Below, piece by piece: positions 20,583 to 28,518 of a stretch of DNA of 28,518 bases (the first letter of the stretch is position 1; each line of letters starts with the position of its first letter). The translations under genes and the position numbers were made by a program. The DNA is from Chiloscyllium plagiosum (taxonomy: Eukaryota), in assembly GCF_004010195.1 (NCBI RefSeq), contig NC_057711.1, positions 69,568,059 to 69,596,576 on the forward strand, read 5' to 3'. The notes under the pieces were generated by a model that made no database searches, had not been told where the DNA came from, and worked only from the letters and a program-made list of their open reading frames with translations.

Positions 20583-21172
20583 CCTTTATGAGTCAAGGCA
20601 CTGAATACAATAACAGGGAGGTTATGCTGGAGATGTGCATAATGTTTTGGCTGCTGCACCACTAAAACAATATGATTGCACTAGAGAGGGTGCAGGGGAA
20701 TTTCACCATCGACTGTTTGCCTGGGCTGGAGTGTTTCATTAATAAAGAGAAACAGAATAGGTTGGGATTGTTTTCCATAGAAAGGTGAAGGCTGAGAGGA
20801 GACCTGATTGAGATATGCAAAATTATGAAAAGCCTAGGCAAAGTAGATAGACAAAAACATTTCTCCTGAGTAGAGGTGTCAATAAGCAAGAGACACAGAT
20901 TTTAATGAGGGGCAAGAGGTTTTGAAGGAATACTAAGGACCTTTCTTTTTCCATTCAGAGGGCGGCAGGTATCTGAACATATTGCTTGAAAGAGTGGTAA
21001 ATGCAGGGATCCTCCCAACATTTAAGAAGTATTTAAGTAAATACTTGAAATGCCTAGCATGCAAGGCTATAGGCCAAGTGCTTGAAAATAGGATTAGAGT
21101 AGATAGGTGCTTGGTAATGGCATAGACTTGCTGGGCCAAAGAGCCTCTTTCTGTGCTGTAAAACTCTGTGAC
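20583..21172 (+). mobile_element. Old CR1 ORF2 C-terminus and 3' UTR
   Basis: GAGGTTATGCTG, ALERVQG, LGLFSIER*RLRGDLIE and the terminal GGGCCAAAGAGCCTCTTTCTGTGCTGTAAAACTCTGTGAC. Confidence 0.85.
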
Positions 21173-21681
21173 ATTAGCAACCACATATGAATATGTGCAA
21201 AGGCTGATCACAGTATCAAATTAAAGGTCAATCAAGCCAGATTTCACTCTGGAGTCTGACTTGCCAACACAATAGTCAACTGGGATCATAATAAATAACA
21301 GAAGTTGTGCAAGCATACAGTGCAGCCAAAGAGTTGCAATGGAATGTGGTATTGCGCTTTAAATAGAATGTTTTGGAGTGGTTTCTTGGAACAGCCATAA
21401 AGCAAGCTCAAGAGACCAGGTATTACACAGCTAGATAGGATTAATTAATAACCTGATAATGAAGGTATCGCTAAATAACAGCAGCTGTAAAATGAACACA
21501 TTTTAACTTTATTTTGAGGGAGAGTGGACTGAGTCTAAGACAAGTTTTTAAGCTGGGTAATCCAAGATGGAGGACAGAAAAAATTTCTGGCTGTAAGAGC
21601 TGCTCCTTTTTTTGAGGTATTTTAGGTGTTGGAGGTGATTTCCTAGAATGACAGGAGCAGCAATTACTGTTTTATATGCTG

Positions 21682-22316
21682 NNNNNNNNNNNNNNNNNNN
21701 NNNNNNNNNNNNNNNNNNNNNNNNNNNNNNNNNNNNNNNNNNNNNNNNNNNNNNNNNNNNNNNNNNNNNNNNNNNNNNNNNNNNNNNNNNNNNNNNNNNN
21801 NNNNNNNNNNNNNNNNNNNNNNNNNNNNNNNNNNNNNNNNNNNNNNNNNNNNNNNNNNNNNNNNNNNNNNNNNNNNNNNNNNNNNNNNNNNNNNNNNNNN
21901 NNNNNNNNNNNNNNNNNNNNNNNNNNNNNNNNNNNNNNNNNNNNNNNNNNNNNNNNNNNNNNNNNNNNNNNNNNNNNNNNNNNNNNNNNNNNNNNNNNNN
22001 NNNNNNNNNNNNNNNNNNNNNNNNNNNNNNNNNNNNNNNNNNNNNNNNNNNNNNNNNNNNNNNNNNNNNNNNNNNNNNNNNNNNNNNNNNNNNNNNNNNN
22101 NNNNNNNNNNNNNNNNNNNNNNNNNNNNNNNNNNNNNNNNNNNNNNNNNNNNNNNNNNNNNNNNNNNNNNNNNNNNNNNNNNNNNNNNNNNNNNNNNNNN
22201 NNNNNNNNNNNNNNNNNNNNNNNNNNNNNNNNNNNNNNNNNNNNNNNNNNNNNNNNNNNNNNNNNNNNNNNNNNNNNNNNNNNNNNNNNNNNNNNNNNNN
22301 NNNNNNNNNNNNNNNN
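21682..22316. other. Assembly gap (635 N)
   Basis: Run of N. Confidence 1.
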
Positions 22317-24702
22317 CTTCCAAGAGATCAATTGTGTTAGGGGATTCTGTAGTCCGAGGTACAGACAGATGTTTCTGTGGCCAGCAGAGAAAAAGCAGAA
22401 TGGTGTTTTGTTTCCCTGGTGCCAGGATCAAGGATGTCTCAGAGAGGGTGCAGAATGTTCTCACGGGGGAGAGGGGCCAGCAGGAGGTCATTGTCCACAT
22501 TGGAACCAACGACATTGGAAGGGAAAAGGTTGAGACTCTGAAGGGAGATTACAGAGAGTTAGGCAGAAATTTAAAAAGAAGGTCCTCAAGGGTAGTAACA
22601 TGTGGATTACTCCCAGTGCTACGAGTTAGTGAGGGCAGGAATAGGAGGATAGAGCAGATGAATGCATGGCTGAGGAGCTAGTGTATGGGAGAAGGATTCA
22701 CATTTTTGGATCATTGGAATCTCTTTTGACCTATACAAGAAGGACAGATTGCACCTAAATTGGAAGGAGACTAATATACTGGCAGGGAAATTTGCTAGAA
22801 CTGCTTGGGGGGATTTAAACTAGTAAGGTTTGAATCCCCTAACACAACTAGTAAGGAGATAGTGAGGAAAGAGATCGATCTGAGATGGGTACAGCTGAGA
22901 ACAGAAGTGAGTCAAACAGTCAGGGCAGGCAGGGACAAGGTAGGACTAATAAATTAAACTGCAATTAAACTGCAAGGGGCCTAGCAGGGAAGGCAGATGA
23001 ACTCAGGGCATGATTAGGAACATGGGACTGGGATATCATAGCAATTACGGAAACATGGCTCAGGGATGGGCAGGACTGGCAGCTTAATATTTCAGGATAA
23101 AAATGCTACAGGAAAGATAGAAAGGGAGGCAAGAGAGGAGGGGGAGTGGCATTTTTGATAAGGGATAGCATTACAGCTGTGCTAAGGGAGGATATTCCCA
23201 GAAATTCATCCAGGGAAGTTATTTGGGTGGAACTGAGAAATAAGAAAGGGATGATCACCTTATTGGGATTGTATAATAGACACCCCCAATAGTCAGAGGG
23301 AAATTGAGAAACAAACTTGTAAGGAGATCTCAGCTATCTGTAAGATTAATATGTTGGTTATGGTAGGGGATTTTTAACTTTCCAAACATCGAGTGGGACT
23401 GCCATAGTGTTAAAGGTTTAGATGGAGGGGAATTTCTTAAGTGTGTACAAGATAATTTTCTGATTCAGTATGTAGATGTACCTACTAGAGAAGGTGCAAA
23501 ACTTGGCCTACTCTTGGGAAATAAGGCAGGGCAGGTGACTGAGGTGTCAGTAGGAGAACACTTTGGGGCCAGCGACCATAATTCTATTTGTTTTAAAATA
23601 GTGATGGAAAAGGATAGACCAGATCTAAAAGTTGAAGTTCTAAATTGGAGAAAGGCCAATTTTGACGGTATTAGGCAAGAACTTTCGAAAGCTGATTGGA
23701 GGCAAATGTTCGCAGGTAAAGGGACGGCTGGAAAATGGGAAGCCTTCAGAAATGAGAAAACAAGAATCCAGAGAAAGTATATTCCTGTCAGGGTGAAAGG
23801 GAAGGCTGGATGACTAAAGAAATTGAGGGTTTGGTTAAGAAAAAGAAGGAAGCATATGTCAGGTGTAGACAGGATAGATCGAGTGAATCCTTACAGGGGA
23901 ATAAAGGAAGTAGGAGTATACTTAAGAGGAAAAACAGGAGGGCAAAGCGGGGACATAAGATAGCTTTGGCAAATAGAATTAAGGAGAATCCAAAGGGTTT
24001 TTACAGCTATATTAAGGACAAAAGGGTAACTAGGGAGAGAATAGGGCCCCTCAAAGATCAGCAAGGTGGCCTTTGTGTGGAGCCACAGAAAATGGGGGAG
24101 ATATTAAATGAGTACTTTGCATCAGTATTTACTATGGAAAAGGATATGGAAGATATACACTGTAGGAAAATAGATGGTGACATCTTGTAAAATGTCCAGA
24201 TTACAGAGGAGGAAGTGCTGGATGTCTTGAAACGGGTAAAGGTGGATAAATCCCCAGGACCTGATCAGGTGTACCCGAGAACTCTGTGGGAAACTAGAGA
24301 AGTGATTGCTGGGCCTCTTGCTGAGATATTTGTATCATCGATAGTCACAGGTGAGGTGCAGGAAGACTGGAGGTTGGAAAATGTGGTGCTACTGTATAAG
24401 AAGAGCGGTAAAGACAAGCCAGGGAACTATAGAGCGGTGAGCCTGACCTAGGTGGTGGGTAGGTTGTTGGAGGGAATCCTGAGGGACAGGATGTACATGT
24501 ATTTGAAAAGGCAAGGACTCTTTAGAGATAGTCAAAATGGCTTTGTACATGGGAAATCATGTCTCACAAACTTGATTGAGTTTTTTGAAGAAGTAACAAA
24601 GAAGATTGATGAGTGCAGAGCAGTGGATGTGATCTATATGGACTTCAGTAAGGCGTTCGACAAGGTTCCTTATGGGAGACTGATTAGCAAGGTTAGATCT
24701 CA

Positions 24703-25268
24703 NNNNNNNNNNNNNNNNNNNNNNNNNNNNNNNNNNNNNNNNNNNNNNNNNNNNNNNNNNNNNNNNNNNNNNNNNNNNNNNNNNNNNNNNNNNNNNNNNN
24801 NNNNNNNNNNNNNNNNNNNNNNNNNNNNNNNNNNNNNNNNNNNNNNNNNNNNNNNNNNNNNNNNNNNNNNNNNNNNNNNNNNNNNNNNNNNNNNNNNNNN
24901 NNNNNNNNNNNNNNNNNNNNNNNNNNNNNNNNNNNNNNNNNNNNNNNNNNNNNNNNNNNNNNNNNNNNNNNNNNNNNNNNNNNNNNNNNNNNNNNNNNNN
25001 NNNNNNNNNNNNNNNNNNNNNNNNNNNNNNNNNNNNNNNNNNNNNNNNNNNNNNNNNNNNNNNNNNNNNNNNNNNNNNNNNNNNNNNNNNNNNNNNNNNN
25101 NNNNNNNNNNNNNNNNNNNNNNNNNNNNNNNNNNNNNNNNNNNNNNNNNNNNNNNNNNNNNNNNNNNNNNNNNNNNNNNNNNNNNNNNNNNNNNNNNNNN
25201 NNNNNNNNNNNNNNNNNNNNNNNNNNNNNNNNNNNNNNNNNNNNNNNNNNNNNNNNNNNNNNNNNNNN
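24703..25268. other. Assembly gap (566 N)
   Basis: Run of N. Confidence 1.
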
Positions 25269-27215
25269 AAAGCAAATCTTAGCAGGATTTATACACTTAA
25301 TGGTCAGGTCCTAGGGAGTGTTGCTGAACAAAGAGACCTTGGAGTGCAGGTTCATAGCACCTTGAAAGTGGAGTCGCAGGTAGATAGGATAGTGAAGGCA
25401 GTGTTTGGTATGCTTTCCTCTATTGGTCAGATCAATGAGTACAGGAGTTGGGAGGTCATGTTGCAGCTGTACAGAACATTGGTTAGGCCACTGTTGGAAT
25501 ATTGCGTGCAGTTCTGGTCTCCTACCTATCGGAATGATGTTGTGAAACTTGAAAGGGTTCAGAAAAGATTTACAAGGATGTTGCCAGGGTTGGAGGATCT
25601 GAGCTACAGGGAGAGGCTGAAAATCTCCACAGATAAGACTCGCTGTTTGAGAGAAAGGTTAAAGATAGTATCAAACTTAAAGCAAAAGCATACAACGATG
25701 TAAAGTCACGAGCAGGTCAGAAAACTGGAAAGAATATGGGAAACAACAAAGAAAGACTTAAATAGAGAAAAATCAGAGTATAAGAAAAACTATTCAGAAA
25801 TATAAAAATCAGATAAAATACGTTTCAATGCCTATTATCAAGACAAGAGTTAACACAGTGAACATTAGCCCTATAAAAAGTGAATTAATAATGGGAAATA
25901 AATAAATGACTGATGAAATGAAATTTGCCACAATTCCTCACCACAGACAATATATGTAACATCCCAGAAGCAGCGATATGTCAGGAGGTGGAAGGGAGAG
26001 AATATGGAACATTATAACCGTCATAGAAGTAAAGCAGAATAAATGGTTTGACAGGTGGATCGGTCTTGATGGGTAGTGTCTTCAAAAAAGTGGCTAGTGA
26101 AATCATTAATGCATTGGTTTTAATTTCTCAAAACTCCGCACATTTGCAGAAGGTCCCATGAGATTGGAAGATAGCAATTGTAACTCCTTTATTTGAAAAA
26201 GGGATTGAAACAGAAAGCAGTAAACTACAGGCCACTTAGCTTATATGAGGGAAAAAAATGTTCAAGGCTATTATAAAGGAGGTTATAGCAGGGCACTTGA
26301 ATAAGTTCACGGTCATCAATCAAGTTTAACCAATCTACTGGAATTGTTTGATGACATAATGTGTGCTGTGACATAGGGGAACTGGTGAATGTTCTGAACT
26401 TAGATTTCCAAAAGCATTTTATATAGTGCTACATTAAAAAGTTATTGTGGTGAATAAAAGCTTATGGTTTGCAAAATAACATTGACAGGTATAAAAGAAA
26501 GACTAACTAACAGGATGCATAGTAGGCATAAACAGATATTTTTCAAGTTAGTGAGTGTAACGAATGATGTGCCACAGAGATCACTGATGGGATCTCAATT
26601 CAGGTAAAATACTTGAATGAAGGAATAGAAGATAAGGCTGCCGAATTTGCTGGTGACACAAAGGTAAATAGGAAAGTCAATTGTGAATGGGACATAAGGA
26701 GGCTAAAAACAAATTATATAGATAGGTTAAGTGAATGGGCAAAGATTTGTAAATGGAGTATAATGCAGGAAAGTGTGAAAGAGCAAGAATAAAATAATAC
26801 ACTATCTAAATGGTAAGAGATTGCCGAGCTCTGATGCAAAGGATCTCAGTATACGTATGCAGCAAGTAATTGGGAAAATTAACAGAATTTTATAATTTAT
26901 TGGGAGAATTGAATACAATAATAGGAAGGTTATGCTTCATTTATACTGGACACTGGTGAGACTGCATCTGAATACAATGTGCAGAATTTCTAGAATCTCC
27001 TTGTGTAAATTTGTTGGAAAAAGTTCAGATAAGGTTTATCAGACCAATACCTGGAAAAGGTTGAGGTAAGGTTGGACAGGCTAGGCTTATATTTGTTGGT
27101 GTTTAGAAGACTAAGGGGTGACCTGATTGAAACATAAGGTTCTGAGAGATCTTGGCTGGAAATGTGTTGCTGGAAAAGCGCAGCAGGTCAGGCAGCATCC
27201 AGGGAACAGGAGAAT

Positions 27216-27244
27216 CGACGTTTCGGGCATAAGCCCTTCTTCAG
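27216..27244 (-). ncRNA. Minimal type I hammerhead ribozyme core (antisense mirror copy)
   Basis: Exact reverse complement of 27247-27275. Confidence 0.65.
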
Positions 27245-27246
27245 GG

Positions 27247-27275
27247 CTGAAGAAGGGCTTATGCCCGAAACGTCG
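27247..27275 (+). ncRNA. Minimal type I hammerhead ribozyme core
   Basis: CUGAAGA, an extra A, helix II GGGC-UUAU-GCCC, GAAA, palindromic helix III ACGU and a GUC triplet (predicted cut after C27274). The helix I 5' strand is lost at the inversion point. Confidence 0.7.
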
Positions 27276-27449
27276 ATTCTCCTGTTCCCTGGATGCTGCC
27301 TGACCTGCTGCGCTTTTCCAGCAACACATTTCCAGCAACACATCTCCAGCATCTGCAGACCTCACTTTCTCCTCTGAGAGATCTTGACAGAGTAGGTGTG
27401 GATAGGATGTTTCCTCTCATGGAAGATTCTGCGTCACTGTTTAAAAATG

Positions 27450-28518
27450 AAGGATGAACTCAGGGCATGGTTAGGAACATGGAACTGGGATATCATAGCA
27501 ATTATAGAAACATGGCTCAGGGATGGGCAGGACTGGCAGCTTAATGTTCGAGGATACAAATGCTACAGGAAGGATAGAAAGGGAGGCAAGAGAGGAGGGG
27601 GAGTGGCATTTTTGATAAGGGATAGCATTACAGCTGTGCTGAGGGAAGATATTCCCAGAAATACATCCAGGGAAGTTATTTGGGTGGAACTGAGAAATAA
27701 GAAAGGGATGATCACCTTATTAGGATTGTATTATAGACCCCCTAATAGTCAGAGGGAAATTGAGAAACAAATTTGTAAGGAGATCACAGCTATCTGTAAG
27801 AATAATAGGGTGGTTTTGGTCGGGGAATTTAACTTTCCAAACATAGACTGAGACTGCCATAGTGTTAAGGGTTTAGATGGAGAGGAATTTCTTAAGTATG
27901 TACAAGACAATTTTCTGATTAAGTATGTGAATGTACTTACTAGAGAAGGTGCAAAACTTGACCTACTCTTGGAAAATAAGGCAGGGCAGGTGACTGAGGT
28001 GACAGTGGGGGAGCACTTTGGTGCCAGCGACCATAATTCCATTAGATTTTAAATAATGATGGGAAAGGATAGACCAGATCTAAAAGTTGAAGTTCTAAAT
28101 TGGAGATAGGCCAATTTTGATGGTATTAGGCAAGAACTTTCGAAAGCTGATTGGGCGCAGATGTTCGCAGGTAAAGGGACGGCTGGAAAATGTGAAGCCT
28201 TCAGAAAAGAGGTAACGAGAATCCAGAGAAAATATATTCCTGTCAGGGTGAAAGGGAAGGCTGGTAGGTATAGGGAATGCTGGATGACTAAAGAAATTGA
28301 GGGTTTGGATAAGAAAAAGAAGGAAGCATATGTAAAGATAGATCGAGTGAATCCTTAGAAGAGTATAAAGGAAGTAGGAGTATACTAAAGAGGGAAATCA
28401 GGAGGGCAAAAAGGGGACATGAGATAGCTTTGGCAAATAGAATTAAGGAGAATCCAAAGAGTTTTTCAAATACATTAAGGAAATAGGGTAATTAGGGAGA
28501 GAATAGGTCCCCTCAAAG
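27450..28518 (+). mobile_element. CR1 family B, copy 2: 5'-truncated in the endonuclease domain, runs off the window
   Basis: Highly similar to ~22989-24057 but with independent indels. Encodes DELRAWL, AIIETWL, GGGVAFL, YYRPPNS, GEFNFPNID and SDHN. Confidence 0.95.

Larger units (their letters stand above)
21553..25621 (+). mobile_element. Near full-length CR1 LINE (family B, copy 1), 3'-truncated, with two assembly gaps
   Basis: ORF1 esterase motifs LGDSVVRG, HIGTND and D.LHLN (stop ~22823). ORF2 EN/RT motifs AITETWL, GGGVAFL, SDHN, DKSPGPD, DFSKAFDKV and RPLLEYCVQFWSP. Contains multiple stops and indels. The 5' boundary is approximate because of the gap. Confidence 0.92.
27155..27372 (+). 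mobile_element. Young fold-back non-autonomous Penelope-like (pLTR-derived) element, family 2
   Basis: Perfect 90-bp inverted arms (27155-27244 / 27247-27336) with a 2-nt spacer and a 36-bp 3' extension. Perfect 14-bp TSD TCTGAGAGATCTTG at 27141-27154 and 27373-27386. CpGs are intact. Confidence 0.88.
25622..27449 (+). mobile_element. Old, heavily decayed CR1 ORF2 fragment (host of the fold-back element)
   Basis: Degenerate motifs in order: DWKIAIVTPLFEKG, NYRPLSL, EFAGDTK (for KFADDTK, ~26643-26663), LVRLHL and FRRLRGDLIET. Confidence 0.88.

Noticed and set aside
21648..22533. Long ORFs across the first gap (and 24452-25282 / 24700-25275 across the second)
   Set aside because: These are artefacts of N runs. 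Only the CR1-derived flanks are real.
27155..27336. Interpretation as a MITE or DNA transposon
   Set aside because: The inverted repeat does not reach the right end (36-bp one-sided tail), the TSD is 14 bp and the apex carries hammerhead cores. This fits a PLE-type retro-insertion better.
27111..27377. Near-identical ORFs on both strands (also 7608-7897)
   Set aside because: A by-product of the DNA palindrome, with no protein motif.
1..28518. CRISPR arrays, rRNA, tRNA genes or prokaryotic operons
   Set aside because: No regularly spaced repeats, cloverleaf or rRNA signatures were seen. The content is vertebrate repeat DNA.

Overview
Eukaryotic, AT-rich, repeat-dense non-coding DNA, most likely from a shark. 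The evidence is an HE1/V-SINE body and many CR1-type LINE families; the species cannot be fixed from sequence alone. Two N-gaps (21682-22316, 24703-25268) indicate a scaffolded assembly. No intact protein-coding gene is present. Most long ORFs are pieces of decayed CR1-clade LINEs: a full-length copy at ~8151-12394 (ORF1 zinc-finger/leucine-zipper/SGNH esterase; ORF2 APE endonuclease plus RT), a near full-length copy of another family at ~21553-25621, a second copy of that family running off the right edge, and many older fragments. There is also a fossil PIF/Harbinger (HARBI1-like) transposase at ~4200-4870. The most notable signal is three ~200-bp non-coding fold-back insertions of two families (5666-5866, 7628-7836, 27155-27372). 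Each has a flanking target-site duplication and folds back right at a minimal hammerhead-ribozyme core, the architecture expected of non-autonomous Penelope-like retroelement (pLTR) derivatives. The youngest has perfect 90-bp arms, a perfect 14-bp TSD and intact hammerhead cores on both strands. Other points are an unexplained 95-bp AT-rich hairpin, a cleanly reconstructable nested-insertion stack, templated repair scars, a candidate host exon and two RFX X-box-like motifs.
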